From a virus (lineage: Duplodnaviria; Caudoviricetes), in IMG/VR virus record IMGVR_UViG_3300034196_000113, positions 1 through 59,045 of that record: DNA of 59,045 nt. The stretch is one strand, 5' to 3'. Under the pieces are notes generated by a model that was given only the letters and a program-made list of their open reading frames with translations, had not been told where the DNA came from and did not search any database. The translations under genes and the position numbers were made by a program. Shown piece after piece: positions 26,377 to 36,965 of this stretch (its first letter is position 1; every line of letters begins with the position of its first letter).

Positions 26377-29300
26377 CTAGGCGTCTACATTACCGATCAA
26401 GAGCAATTCGACCCGGTCTACAAGCCCCGACGGATCGCCCGGCTGAATCGCCCGCACCGCATCGAGCGGATAGCACGCCCCCGCGATTGTGAAGCGCAGA
26501 CAGTTGCCGGTCGCCCACCCGATGCCCCACCCGCGATAGTCGATGGTGAAATAGGGCTTGCCGGTGAGTTGGTTGACCGGCGCGCAGTCCTGGCTGACGG
26601 TCCCGATCCCGATCACACCCAGATTTTCGCCGACAACTCTAAAGTCCGTGGCGCTGGTGAACTGCACCAGGAACCGATCCGGATAGGCGCTTTCGTTGGT
26701 GACCTTGAGCGGGTAGATGGCGTTGTTGTACTGCGCCAGCGGGGCCGATCCGATCAAGCTATCGGACCAGGCAGAGGTCCAGGTCGCTTGCGCGAAGAGC
26801 CCCACCACCCGGGCCTGGAGCGTGCCGATGTAGAGCACGCCCGAGAGGTACGTTTCGCCGGCCGGGTAATTGTGCGTCAAGGGGCCCAGCAGGGTGACCG
26901 ACCCATTGATGTCGGCGCTTCGGATGCGGCGCAGATCGGCCACGGTGTGCCGAATCGCGTAAGGGGCAACCAACCCGGTCAGCGGCAGCGGGTTCGCCAT
27001 CGTCACAACCCCCAGCTCCCGGTTGACGGTGTAGAGGTCCGCCGGAAGCCGCACGCCCGCGGAGTCTTCAATGGCGACGCGATAGAGCCGGGTGCGCCCG
27101 CAGTCGATTGCCTGGCTGGCCGAGAGGGTTGGCCGGGAGACGGACGCGGTGTGATGCACCAGGGCGAGCATCCCCGGGCGCAGGATGAGCGCCTTGCCGT
27201 CGGGCGGGAGCTTGGCGGCATTGATGCCGAGCAGATCGGAGTCGGGCGGCATGTACGCCTGACCGACAGCGTTGTAGACGATCGAATCCGACAGCACCAT
27301 TTGCGGCTTCCAGACCATCGCAATCCCGCCGATGGTTTCTGCGGCGTCCGCGTTGTACCACTCGGCGACCAACTCTTCCGGGGTCAGGGCGGATACCGCC
27401 CGGTAATGCCCGAACTTCACTGCCACCACGCCGGTTTGCGCGTCGACCTGAATGGTCGCGTCGGTATCCTCGACATAGCCGTCTTCGTCGACGGTCTTGC
27501 TCTTCGCCGCCCCTTCCAGCGTGGACCAGCGCAGTTGGAACGAGCCGGAGCGGATGGGCGAAACGACGGTCATAAAAACCGCCTGCGAAACCGGATGGGC
27601 CCCGATCTCGGTGGTCAGCGCATCCAGCGCGATATCCGGCGCCCCGCCGGCCACCCAGGATGTGATGCGGGCAATCCCGGCCGCTTGATCGAGCGTCCCG
27701 GCCTGCATCCCCGCCCCGGTCGCGGGGCTGGGGTCGCGATAGATCGCCCCGGCCATGTGGACGTAGAGCGCGCCGGCCAAGCGAAAGCGCAAGCTGTTGG
27801 GGGTGATCTGCTCGCCCCAGGTCTTGTTAAGGTCGATCTCCAGCGCCGTCAGGGCCGAGGTTTCGGTGGTGGTGCTATCGCCGCCGACCGGGCGATAGCG
27901 CACCCGCACATCCCCGTTGGCGAAGACCATTTGGCACGCCGTCATTTCGGTGCCCATGAACCAAGTGACGGTCCTTGAATAAGCCGTCGCGGACGATCCG
28001 AACGGCACGGTCCCGCTCGTAACCTTGGTGCGGTATTGCGGGACCGGATAGCTCGCCGTGAAGTCGGGAAGCCACGAAAGGGTGCGGGCGCCGTAGTTGA
28101 CCGATCCGTTAGAGCCGCCGGAAACGACGAGGGCCCCGGCCCCGTTATCGCGCACCCGCTTGGTCACCGTGATGATGTTGCCGCGCGAGTCGGAGAGCAC
28201 GTCGCCATCCCGGGTGGCGAAGACCGGGTATTCGATCTCGACCAGACCCGCGCGCGGGACGAGGTCCATCTGCAACAGCAGCGTTCCGCCGGGCTCGCGG
28301 GCCGGGGCCGAGAACGTCTGTTCGGACAGCGGGCCGTGATCGTAGGTCAGGCTGAGCACCGTGCCGGCCGGCGGCAGGACGCTCGGGCGGATCTCGTAGT
28401 AGCCGTCGGAATAGCGGATGGTGCCGGTGCCTCCGGTGCCGGCGAGAATCCCGGCGCCGTTGTCGACCAGGGCGAAGTTGCCGGCGCCGACCGTCCAGGC
28501 GGCATGGACCGTCCCCGGTGCCGCCCCGGCGTTCGCCAGGGTGCCGCGCCAGGCGGGCGTGGCCAGCGCCGAGCCCCCGCGCGCGACGGTTGTGATGGGT
28601 ACGCCCCACACCAGCATGATCGCGCTATCCACGTCCGGGAGGGCGCCCGTGGTGATCTGCACGGTCCCGGTCGACAGCGACATCACGCCCGAGCCGTAAC
28701 TGCTATCGACGCCCAGCAGCGTGCCGTTGCCCCCGTCGGCCAAGGTGTACCAGTTCCCCGCCGCCCGGTAGGACACCCGCAGGCTCCCCGGGCTCGGGAT
28801 CGGCTCGACCGTGGTCACGTACACGTAGCCCTGATTCTCGACGGTGACCGGGATCGCGGCGGTATTGCCGACCCGGATGGGCGCGGCCGACGGCTTCCAG
28901 GTCGCCGTTTTTTGGTTGGCCCCGAACGCCGGGCAGGCGGTATTCCAGGTGACCGTCCCCGCCGAATAGCTGACCGCACCGACGACGGTGCCGCCCATGA
29001 GGGCGGATCCGGCCGAGTCGACGATGGTGGAGCCGGCGCACGCAATCGACAGGGTGCCGGGGTAGATGCCGGTCCCCAGAAACCACGAGAGGTTCGGCCC
29101 GATGCAATTGGCGGTTGTCGTCGACGAGACGGTTGCGGCGTTCGCCAGGACCAGGGTCGCCACGGTCGCTGCCGGCGTGGTATCCGCAATCGGGGTTTCC
29201 GCCAGTGCGGTGGGAATGATCGGCGCGTACAGGTTATCGACCCGCACCGAATAGGCGCCGAAGTCCGCGTTGGCGACCAGCGCTTTGATGCCGCACATCT

Positions 29301-29973
29301 CCACGGCATAGGGATCGTAATTGGAGTCGTAGATCAGCGTGCCCGGCGCATTTGCCGGGGCGAAGCGTGTCGGCTCGGACCCGCTGTAGGCGTTCTTCAA
29401 CGGCTCGGCGACTTCCAGCACCACTTGCTTGATGTAGTACGGGCCGTTGATATCGGTCAGCGTCAAATCCGATGTGAGCACCCGCGTAATCCAGGCCACC
29501 TCGGAAATCGTTCCGGTGACCAGGAAGATGCGCCCGTTGACCGACGGCAATTTCGCTTCCGGGCGTTGCCACAGGGTGATCGAGCGCTGCCCGTGGGACC
29601 ACAGGTATCCGTCCCAGCGCCCCCCGCGCACGATGGCGCCCTCCAGCTTGCCCACCAGGGCCGTGCGGTCGTCGTAGAACGAACCGGTGGAGAACGCGCA
29701 GACCGTCACCCCCGCGCCCAGCGGCGGCGAGACAATCGCGAAGCCGGCGTCCAGGTATTTGTCGGTGTCGTTGCTCTTTACCAGGGCGTAGACCTTGCGG
29801 ATCGACACGTCCCCGGCCGCATAGTCAACGTCGGTAATGTCGTCGAAGATTTGGTTTTCGATGCCGGAAACGATCTCGGTCCCGACCATCCGTCCGCCAC
29901 CGTCCGGTTGATCGGTCATGCGTTCCGACTTATAGAAGCGCAGGCTATCCGCGGTAATGGCCATCGTGGGCAA
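26377..29973 (-). CDS. Large tail structural protein
   Basis: 1198 aa; SERMTD..DGGGRM...G.VSIRKVY N-terminus; follows the tape measure gene. Confidence 0.75.
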   Translation of the reverse strand: MPTMAITADSLRFYKSERMTDQPDGGGRMVGTEIVSGIENQIFDDITDVDYAAGDVSIRKVYALVKSNDTDKYLDAGFAIVSPPLGAGVTVCAFSTGSFYDDRTALVGKLEGAIVRGGRWDGYLWSHGQRSITLWQRPEAKLPSVNGRIFLVTGTISEVAWITRVLTSDLTLTDINGPYYIKQVVLEVAEPLKNAYSGSEPTRFAPANAPGTLIYDSNYDPYAVEMCGIKALVANADFGAYSVRVDNLYAPIIPTALAETPIADTTPAATVATLVLANAATVSSTTTANCIGPNLSWFLGTGIYPGTLSIACAGSTIVDSAGSALMGGTVVGAVSYSAGTVTWNTACPAFGANQKTATWKPSAAPIRVGNTAAIPVTVENQGYVYVTTVEPIPSPGSLRVSYRAAGNWYTLADGGNGTLLGVDSSYGSGVMSLSTGTVQITTGALPDVDSAIMLVWGVPITTVARGGSALATPAWRGTLANAGAAPGTVHAAWTVGAGNFALVDNGAGILAGTGGTGTIRYSDGYYEIRPSVLPPAGTVLSLTYDHGPLSEQTFSAPAREPGGTLLLQMDLVPRAGLVEIEYPVFATRDGDVLSDSRGNIITVTKRVRDNGAGALVVSGGSNGSVNYGARTLSWLPDFTASYPVPQYRTKVTSGTVPFGSSATAYSRTVTWFMGTEMTACQMVFANGDVRVRYRPVGGDSTTTETSALTALEIDLNKTWGEQITPNSLRFRLAGALYVHMAGAIYRDPSPATGAGMQAGTLDQAAGIARITSWVAGGAPDIALDALTTEIGAHPVSQAVFMTVVSPIRSGSFQLRWSTLEGAAKSKTVDEDGYVEDTDATIQVDAQTGVVAVKFGHYRAVSALTPEELVAEWYNADAAETIGGIAMVWKPQMVLSDSIVYNAVGQAYMPPDSDLLGINAAKLPPDGKALILRPGMLALVHHTASVSRPTLSASQAIDCGRTRLYRVAIEDSAGVRLPADLYTVNRELGVVTMANPLPLTGLVAPYAIRHTVADLRRIRSADINGSVTLLGPLTHNYPAGETYLSGVLYIGTLQARVVGLFAQATWTSAWSDSLIGSAPLAQYNNAIYPLKVTNESAYPDRFLVQFTSATDFRVVGENLGVIGIGTVSQDCAPVNQLTGKPYFTIDYRGWGIGWATGNCLRFTIAGACYPLDAVRAIQPGDPSGLVDRVELLLIGNVDA

Positions 29974-29982
29974 GCCCTCGCT

Positions 29983-32900
29983 TCAAGATGAATAGATGCG
30001 GGCCCGTCGCAGCGCCGCGATGAGGTTGGTTTCCTGACCTTCGACAACATCGACCGGCGTGGTCTTTCCCGCCGATACGAGTTCGACGCGCACGGTGCGG
30101 AAATAACCCCGCTTGCCTTGGGTATCGGTGAGCGCGTTCCCAGCCTGCGTTTCCTTGGCCGCTTGTTGCTCGTCCAGTTTAGCCCGACGCGCGTCGAATA
30201 GCTCTTTGGCGGTACTGGGCGCGGCTTGGGCGGGCTCGCCATAGGCCCCTTGTTGCTCGAGCCATTTGCGGTATTCCTCGGCAATTAGTCCCTGCCGGTC
30301 TCCGGGGCTCGCGGCTTGGACCCGGCTGATATCGGTGCCGTACTGCTTGAACAGTTGCTCGAAGTCGACGAACATTTTGCGCGAGGCGTTGGCGTCTTTG
30401 AGTTCCTTGGTTTTGGAAAGGATCTCGTCGAGTGCTGCCTTGTACTCTTCGGCCCCGAGTACGCCCCGCTCGAATGCCTCGCGCAAGGCCCGCCCCAGCG
30501 CTTCGATCTCCTGACTGGACGCCGCAGCGGCAATCGCCTGGCGCACGTCGTCCATGGTCTTGACGCCTTTCGCCCCGGCCTTGGCGAATTCCTCCCCGAG
30601 CACGCGTTGCTGATTGGCCAGCGCCCGGGTTGCGTCCAGGGCATCGCGCTTGGCCTTTACGTCGATCCCCATGCGCTTGGCCGACAGCCCGGCCATTTCC
30701 GCCATATCGCGCATCGCGTCGACAGCGGCGCGTTCTTCCATGGTGAAGTCGCCATCGGCTTTCGCGGCAATCTCCATCGCGTTCGTCTTCTGGCGCAGGA
30801 GTTCGGCTTCTTCGCGCTTCGCGTCCGCCGACTCGCGCAGCAGATTGAGTTCCTGCCGGTACAGTTCCGCGGTGAGATTGAGGGCGACAATCTCTTCGCC
30901 GGCCGCCGTCGCCATGTCGCGGCGGCGCGCAATGTCGGCCATTTGGATGTCGGCGCGGGCGGCGAGAAGCGCCTGCTCGCGCCCGAGGGCCGCAACCTTC
31001 TCGTCGATCCGGGTTGCCGCGTCTTCGGCCGCATCCGCGACCAGTTTGACGGACAGGGCCAGGTCGCGATGCAGTTGCGCGGAGCGTGCGGTGGCAATCT
31101 CGTCGGCCGCTTGGGTCACCGACAGTTCTTCGATCTGGATTTTGGCGGCGAGGTAATCGGCCGTCAGCGCTTGAAGGTCGTCCCCTCCCGTGCGCGCCGC
31201 TTCGTAATAGCGCTCGCTGATATCGAGCAGGTTGGCTTTGGCCGCAGTCAATTCCCGGGTGCGCGCTTCCGCCTCTGCCAGCGCACCGAGTTCGGCCACG
31301 ATGGCATCCTGCGCGTTCTTCAACTCGATCAGCTTGGCGGATTGATCGCCGTAGGTCAGGGTCGCGGCTTTGGTCGCCACCTGCTCGGCCTGGAGCGCTT
31401 CCACATGGGCGAGCCCGGCATCCGCCGCGGCCCGTGCCGCAACCGCATCGCGCTCCAGCGTCGCAATGTGGTCCTTGACCGCGGCGCTATCGGCCCCCCG
31501 CTGTTGCGCCTGTTGCCGAGCCACCAAGAGCCGGGCTTCGGAGACCGCCAGGACGTTGCGCGTCGCCTGCTCTTCGGCCTGCGCGGCGGCAACCTCGTTG
31601 ATCTTCGCCGCCGACAGCAGATCGAGCGCTTGGCGTTCCGAGCCGAGTGCCTTTAGCGTGCTCGCCTTGGTTTCCAGCAGTTCCGTTTCGGATTTGGCGC
31701 GTTTGCGGTTGGCCTCGATATCCTTTTCCAGCGCCTTGACGGTGCGCGCATAGGCCGAGTCCACGTCGCCCATTCCCTGGACCAGTTCCTTGGCAACGGC
31801 AATGCCCCGCTGCCAGGTGCCGTTGCGCTTGTCTTCGACGATCAGTCCGGATTCAACCCCGTCGCGGTACTGCTTCATCGTTTCGATGTTGAGCCCGGTC
31901 TGGAAATTGACCTCCTTGAGCATCTTGGCCAGCCCTTCTTTGGACGCCTTGGCCTTATCCTCCTGCTCGCGGTAATCCCGATAGTTGGCGCTAACCGCCT
32001 GCAACCCTTCGTCGAGTTTGCGGAAGCCGGCCGCGCCGATCTCGGTCCCCATCGCCCACTCGCGCAGCATCGCGCCCACTTCGTAGCCCATCCAGATGGA
32101 CATCGACGCGTTGAGCGCCCCGCTCAAACTCCCCAGTTCCTTGAGGGCCCCGCCGAACGAAGCCAGCCCGGACTTGAGGGCCGACTGCGCCTTGACGGTC
32201 TTGGTAATCGCCGCGCTGTTGGCAAGTTCGGCCGCGGCCACGGCTGCAACGTCGCCCTTGTGCGCGTTGCGTAGCATGGCCAAGCGCGACTCTTCCATCA
32301 CCAAAGCGGCCGTTGTGCCGGCCGTTGCCTCGAATTGCCGTGCCAGCGCCCGCTCGGCCAACGTGACCTCGGTGTTCGCCAACCGCAATTTGATCCGCGC
32401 CCGCGCGAGGGCTTCGGTGAATTCGGCGTCCTGGGCCAGCGCCGGGGCCGCGGCCAGCGCCGCCTCCGACAATGCGATGGTGGACTCCACCACCAGCTTG
32501 GTATTCTTCGCTTCGCTCAAGCGCGCCACACCCATCCGTGCGCTGACCCCCGCGGCTTCTTGCGCGGCCCGGGTGGATTGGATCGTCGCTTCGGCTTTCT
32601 GGATCTCGGCCGCGGCGGCGAGCTTGGCGTCTTCGGCGCGCCCCAGATCGTTCATCGCGAGGGCTCGCCCGGCCTCGGCTTCCTGGAGGGCCAGCTTCAA
32701 GGAGCGCTCTTGCGCCAGGGCAAGTTCCTTCTTCGACTTGACGACCAACCCTTCCGAGCTGACAACGGCCGTATTGGACGCGATGCTCGCGCGCTTGGCC
32801 TGGTCCGCGGCCATGAGCGATGCGCTCCAGATCCCCACCACGCTCGCCCCGCGCAGCAGGAGCGTAATCATCGCCACCATGCCGACGGTGTCGATCGCAT

Positions 32901-33801
32901 CGCCGACGTTGTGCAGGTTGTTCGCGAGGAACTGGAGCGACTTAGCGAACGCCTCGGTCATTTCCGGCACTTTGTCGGCCGTGCCGAGATATTCCGTGAA
33001 GGCGCTCTTCAAGTTCTCCATCGCGCGACCGATGGTCAGCGGGATGGTCTCGGCCTGCTTGCGCCATTCCTCCGACATGCCGGCAATGGACCGGCGAAGC
33101 ACTTGGCTGGTGATCTGCCCCTGCATCGCCAGGTCGCGCAATTGGCCCTTGGAGACGCCTAGCTCCTTGGCCATCGCGTCCAGGATGACCGGCGACTGTT
33201 CGGCCACCGCATTGAATTCCTCGCCGCGCAGCACGCCGCTCGCCATTGCTTGGCTGAACTGCATGATGGCGCCGCCGGCTTCGGAAGCGCTGGCCCCGGA
33301 GAGCAACAGGGCGTCGCTCATCGCCTGGACCATGCCGAGCAATTCTTCCTGCGAGACGTTTTGCTCGGAAAGCCCTTGGGCGAGGCGTGCGTAGAGCGTG
33401 CCCACGTCCTTGAGCGGGGTGCGCGACTCCTGGGCGATCTGCGCGATCCGGCCCATGGTCTGCGCGGTGTTGGCGCCCTCTTCTCCGAAGATGGCAACCC
33501 GGGCCGTGAGTTCTTTCCACGTGTCCGATAGCTCGCCCACCTGTTGCAGCGGGGCAAGCAGCGAGAGGATCAGGCCGCGGATCTCGTTCAGGGCCAGGGC
33601 TTTCAACCCCAGCGACTTGAGCGAGGTGCCGAAGCGGTCGGACGCGCGACTGGTTTGATCGAAACTGGAGGTAAGGGAATCGGTACTGCGGTCGAGCTTA
33701 TCGAGCGTCGCGCCGGCACGGGCACCCTCTGCGCTCAGTTGGTCCCTGAGCGCAAGGATGACTTCCGTTAGATAGGCGTCGCGTGCGCCGATAGTCGCCA
33801 T
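29983..33801 (-). CDS. Tape measure protein
   Basis: 1272 aa, Ala-rich helical; QFSQAMASGVLRGEEFNAVAEQ motif. Confidence 0.92.
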   Translation of the reverse strand: MATIGARDAYLTEVILALRDQLSAEGARAGATLDKLDRSTDSLTSSFDQTSRASDRFGTSLKSLGLKALALNEIRGLILSLLAPLQQVGELSDTWKELTARVAIFGEEGANTAQTMGRIAQIAQESRTPLKDVGTLYARLAQGLSEQNVSQEELLGMVQAMSDALLLSGASASEAGGAIMQFSQAMASGVLRGEEFNAVAEQSPVILDAMAKELGVSKGQLRDLAMQGQITSQVLRRSIAGMSEEWRKQAETIPLTIGRAMENLKSAFTEYLGTADKVPEMTEAFAKSLQFLANNLHNVGDAIDTVGMVAMITLLLRGASVVGIWSASLMAADQAKRASIASNTAVVSSEGLVVKSKKELALAQERSLKLALQEAEAGRALAMNDLGRAEDAKLAAAAEIQKAEATIQSTRAAQEAAGVSARMGVARLSEAKNTKLVVESTIALSEAALAAAPALAQDAEFTEALARARIKLRLANTEVTLAERALARQFEATAGTTAALVMEESRLAMLRNAHKGDVAAVAAAELANSAAITKTVKAQSALKSGLASFGGALKELGSLSGALNASMSIWMGYEVGAMLREWAMGTEIGAAGFRKLDEGLQAVSANYRDYREQEDKAKASKEGLAKMLKEVNFQTGLNIETMKQYRDGVESGLIVEDKRNGTWQRGIAVAKELVQGMGDVDSAYARTVKALEKDIEANRKRAKSETELLETKASTLKALGSERQALDLLSAAKINEVAAAQAEEQATRNVLAVSEARLLVARQQAQQRGADSAAVKDHIATLERDAVAARAAADAGLAHVEALQAEQVATKAATLTYGDQSAKLIELKNAQDAIVAELGALAEAEARTRELTAAKANLLDISERYYEAARTGGDDLQALTADYLAAKIQIEELSVTQAADEIATARSAQLHRDLALSVKLVADAAEDAATRIDEKVAALGREQALLAARADIQMADIARRRDMATAAGEEIVALNLTAELYRQELNLLRESADAKREEAELLRQKTNAMEIAAKADGDFTMEERAAVDAMRDMAEMAGLSAKRMGIDVKAKRDALDATRALANQQRVLGEEFAKAGAKGVKTMDDVRQAIAAAASSQEIEALGRALREAFERGVLGAEEYKAALDEILSKTKELKDANASRKMFVDFEQLFKQYGTDISRVQAASPGDRQGLIAEEYRKWLEQQGAYGEPAQAAPSTAKELFDARRAKLDEQQAAKETQAGNALTDTQGKRGYFRTVRVELVSAGKTTPVDVVEGQETNLIAALRRARIYSS

Positions 33802-33804
33802 GGG

Positions 33805-34218
33805 CTAGGTCTTATTTTGGGAACCCATCTTGTCTTTCATCTGGCGCATCACAGCCGCCACGTCCGCGACCGAACTGCGAATCGACTTCTGGTGTTCGAT
33901 TAGGTCTTTCTGCATCACGCAATCCCCTTCGACCGTGCGCAAGAGCCCTTCCAGCTTGACCTCGATTCCCCGCGTGCGCCGCCCGCAGACCCGGTGCTCT
34001 TGATCGAGCCGGGCATGGGATTCCCACAGGCGGCGAATCTGATCGTCGCGCGTGGCCAGGCGCTCTTGCCACACGGCGCTGGCTTCCACCCGACGTTCCT
34101 CGGCGTCCTCGAATTCCTTGGCGATATGCGAGAGCATATCGTTGGACGCCATCCGCAAGAGCCCTAGTAACGCAATCACCACGGTAACCACCGTGCCGAA
34201 AAGGGCCCACTCGTTCAT
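33805..34218 (-). CDS. Membrane-anchored coiled-coil protein (lysis-associated?)
   Basis: N-terminal TM segment (ALFGTVVTVVIALLGLL) followed by coiled coil; next to the endolysin. Confidence 0.55.
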   Translation of the reverse strand: MNEWALFGTVVTVVIALLGLLRMASNDMLSHIAKEFEDAEERRVEASAVWQERLATRDDQIRRLWESHARLDQEHRVCGRRTRGIEVKLEGLLRTVEGDCVMQKDLIEHQKSIRSSVADVAAVMRQMKDKMGSQNKT

Positions 34219-34553
34219 GCTGGCGATTCCGCACCGGGTTGTTGTTGGGCGAGCTGCTTATTGCGGTAGATGCGCCACAGTTCCCGGAGTTTGGAGAACG
34301 CGGACGCGAACGCCGCAATGCCGGCCATTGCCATAATCAGCAAGTCGTTGCTCGCCGCGAGCATCGGGCCTGCCGCATCCAATGCGATAATTGCATCCTC
34401 GAAGCTGACTCCGTTCGCCATCAGCGGGCCGACCTTGGCCCAAAACGACTCGAATGCCTGTTGAAAGGTCAGGATGCTCGCCATGACCACCAGCACCCGC
34501 CCGCGCAACAGCGACAGCCCCAAAGAATCCTTCTGGGAATACTCGGCGTCCAT
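34215..34553 (-). CDS. Holin-like membrane protein
   Basis: Two hydrophobic segments and a basic C-terminal stretch; adjacent to the endolysin. Confidence 0.55.
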   Translation of the reverse strand: MDAEYSQKDSLGLSLLRGRVLVVMASILTFQQAFESFWAKVGPLMANGVSFEDAIIALDAAGPMLAASNDLLIMAMAGIAAFASAFSKLRELWRIYRNKQLAQQQPGAESPA

Positions 34554-34555
34554 TT

Positions 34556-34885
34556 CTACTTACACTCCCCCAACGAATAGTGATTCGGATCTTGGAAACG
34601 TCCGCCCCAGCTCCCGCCTTGGGTTTCCCACCAAAGCCCGAGCGGCCGGTGCTCTTCCCCGGATGCCAGATATTTCCCGTTCTTGAATAGATTAAGGTCG
34701 ATGGCCAAGCGCCGCTTGTGAAAACTGTTGGGCGTGCTATAGCTCATCTTGACGCCGAGCTTGCCGTGAACGCGCGGGTCGCGAAAGGCATCCCCGAGCG
34801 TCACTTCAAAGCCTTGTTCGACCGCATAAAGAATTAAGTGCGCCGCCATTACGGCGAATTTCGATTGAAGTTGGCGTTCCGTCAT
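34556..34885 (-). CDS. Endolysin, M15 family peptidase
   Basis: R...S.H..RLAIDLNL...WGGRF.D.NH Zn-peptidase motif; start at 34885 or upstream at 35035. Confidence 0.85.
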   Translation of the reverse strand: MTERQLQSKFAVMAAHLILYAVEQGFEVTLGDAFRDPRVHGKLGVKMSYSTPNSFHKRRLAIDLNLFKNGKYLASGEEHRPLGLWWETQGGSWGGRFQDPNHYSLGECK

Positions 34886-35061
34886 TCCGGCATCCTCGTA
34901 AAACCCGCCATCGCAAACGGCAGGGAACCTAGTCATATCGCGACTTTCTCCAGTTAGTTCGTCGCGGATCGTTTGTACGAGTTTGCGAAAGGTTTCACCG
35001 TCGAACGCAACAGTGCGGCGCCCGCGGGCTGGCACGACGACACTCCCCGCGGGCCCAACGC

Positions 35062-36105
35062 CTAGGCAGCGGCATACATCAGATTGGTATCGAACGTATA
35101 CGGCTCGGAATATCCCTCGGGAGTCTCCAATTCTCCGCTGAGCGTCAGCAATTTGAATTCCGGGCTTTCCGCCTGGGCAACGAACTGCTGGGCTTCCGAG
35201 GTATAAGCCACAACCTTGTGAACGGTTAAAAATCCCTTGTCGCCGTTTTTGATATCCTTGGCCTTTCCCCGAATACGGAAGGTGACCGCATCCTTGGTCG
35301 CCCCGCGGAAGCGCACGCCGGTTACCGCGCGCGAATCGGCGAAACCGGACACGGCATCGCCGGGCGCCAGATCGCCGCCCGGCAATGGCTTAACGGTTCC
35401 ATACAACGGGTCTACGGAAAAATCGGATCCTTGAACGAGTGCGGTCGGTTCCACGATTGCAAAACTCGATGTGGAGTTTGGCTGAGTCGTCCATGAGGCG
35501 ACCGTGATGGTATCGGCATCGTTGTCGGCAATGGCAACAACTTGGCCACTTCCTGCGCCGCCGGTAATCGCGACCGATTTGCCGACCAGTCCGTCCGGGG
35601 TCCATCCCGCGCCCGTCGCCTCCAGGGTCGTGGAAGTCGCACTCGCCACATTGCCCGACGCCATCCCGGTTGCGGCCGGGCTATGCCCTTTGTGCAGGAC
35701 CACGGATTCCGCGATCAGATTGGTATCCCCGGTGTCGATGTTGAATCCGATCTGGTCGACGAATCCCATAAAGGCGTGACCGGTGCGCGCGGGCTTCGCG
35801 ATGGGGGACATTTTCGCCGCCAGCGCCGCCGCGAGCATGGACATTTCCATGGGTACGCTCTGGCGGTTGACCACGTCGCGGGTCGACAGAGTGAGGGTCG
35901 GCGAACCGGTGCCGATCAAGAACGTGTCGATGGTCTGCGCAAAGGTATCGTCGGGGCGCGACGACACGTTCTTGATGTTGGTGGGCTCGGGCTTGGTAAT
36001 GCTCAGATCGACCAGATTCTTCGCATCCGTATAGTTGCCCCAGCGCTGGTTGTCGTCGTCCCACAGCGAAAGTTGCGCCTCGGTGGTGAGGATGGTAACG
36101 GACAT
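35062..36105 (-). CDS. Major tail (tube) protein
   Basis: 347 aa after the head-tail genes; LTLSGELETPEG.SEPY C-terminus. Confidence 0.7.
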   Translation of the reverse strand: MSVTILTTEAQLSLWDDDNQRWGNYTDAKNLVDLSITKPEPTNIKNVSSRPDDTFAQTIDTFLIGTGSPTLTLSTRDVVNRQSVPMEMSMLAAALAAKMSPIAKPARTGHAFMGFVDQIGFNIDTGDTNLIAESVVLHKGHSPAATGMASGNVASATSTTLEATGAGWTPDGLVGKSVAITGGAGSGQVVAIADNDADTITVASWTTQPNSTSSFAIVEPTALVQGSDFSVDPLYGTVKPLPGGDLAPGDAVSGFADSRAVTGVRFRGATKDAVTFRIRGKAKDIKNGDKGFLTVHKVVAYTSEAQQFVAQAESPEFKLLTLSGELETPEGYSEPYTFDTNLMYAAA

Positions 36106-36147
36106 GGTGCAAGCGCCTCCGAAGTGGCAGGGTTAATAATTGGATCT

Positions 36148-36624
36148 TCAATCGGGGACGAAGGGACGGTTGCGCAATTCGGTTGCCGCACGCACCACGA
36201 ATACAACGGCCACGTCGACATAGTTGCCGCCCAGGCGGTTGCGGGCCCACGAGTCGGCGAGGATGCTCCCGATTCCAAGCGGCTTGTCGAGATCCTCCCA
36301 ATCGCCTATCGAGCAACAGCGAACCACGTCGTCATAGGCAAGCCGGGCGACCGCTTTGTAATTGTCCGGAGTGGCGATCACGGTCAGACGAACCGCAACC
36401 TTGTATTGCAGGATCGCCGCCCGGCCGGGACCGGTATCGACCTTCGTCCATTCTCCTTGGTCGTCGTCGTATTCGGCGAACGGTTCGGGGCCTTGATCGC
36501 CGGGGGGCGCGCCGTCAATGAAAATGCGCTCCGGCGCAAGCGTGATCGAATAGCCGCGGGCTACGTCGATTTTCGACAGTCGAAGCCGAAACCACGCGGC
36601 CACTTGCTGTTCGATGTTGTCCAT
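36148..36624 (-). CDS. Tail terminator-like protein
   Basis: RL..I....GY motif and synteny; start MDNIEQ at 36624. Confidence 0.6.
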   Translation of the reverse strand: MDNIEQQVAAWFRLRLSKIDVARGYSITLAPERIFIDGAPPGDQGPEPFAEYDDDQGEWTKVDTGPGRAAILQYKVAVRLTVIATPDNYKAVARLAYDDVVRCCSIGDWEDLDKPLGIGSILADSWARNRLGGNYVDVAVVFVVRAATELRNRPFVPD

Positions 36625-36965
36625 CAGTAGATCGCCGGCACCAGACCCAAAAGCCACAGCCCGCCTTTCGGGCGGAAGTCCTCGACCGCATACAACGCGG
36701 ACGCGTCGATCCAGGCGTAATCCCCGGGGTGCGGATCGGGCACGTCGGCCATCCCCACATAGGCCGCAACGGCCGCTTCCCAGGGACGCTCCGAGTCCCC
36801 GAGGTCGTCGCCGATGTCGCCGGCATCGGCAATCCATTGGATGCGCAGCGCTCGGGTCTCCCCGGTGGCCGCAAACCGGTAGAAGCCGTCTTCTCCGATC
36901 AGGTCGAGAATCGCCGCGGCCATGATCGGATCGTCGGCACTCCCGACATACCGGCTCGTCGACAT
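36624..36965 (-). CDS. Head-tail joining protein (FII-like)
   Basis: Synteny after the major capsid gene; P..GD motif. Confidence 0.55.
   Translation of the reverse strand: MSTSRYVGSADDPIMAAAILDLIGEDGFYRFAATGETRALRIQWIADAGDIGDDLGDSERPWEAAVAAYVGMADVPDPHPGDYAWIDASALYAVEDFRPKGGLWLLGLVPAIY

Noticed and set aside
26569-33394. Long plus-strand ORFs (469, 651, 446 and 432 aa)
   Set aside because: Antisense shadows of GC-rich tail and tape measure genes
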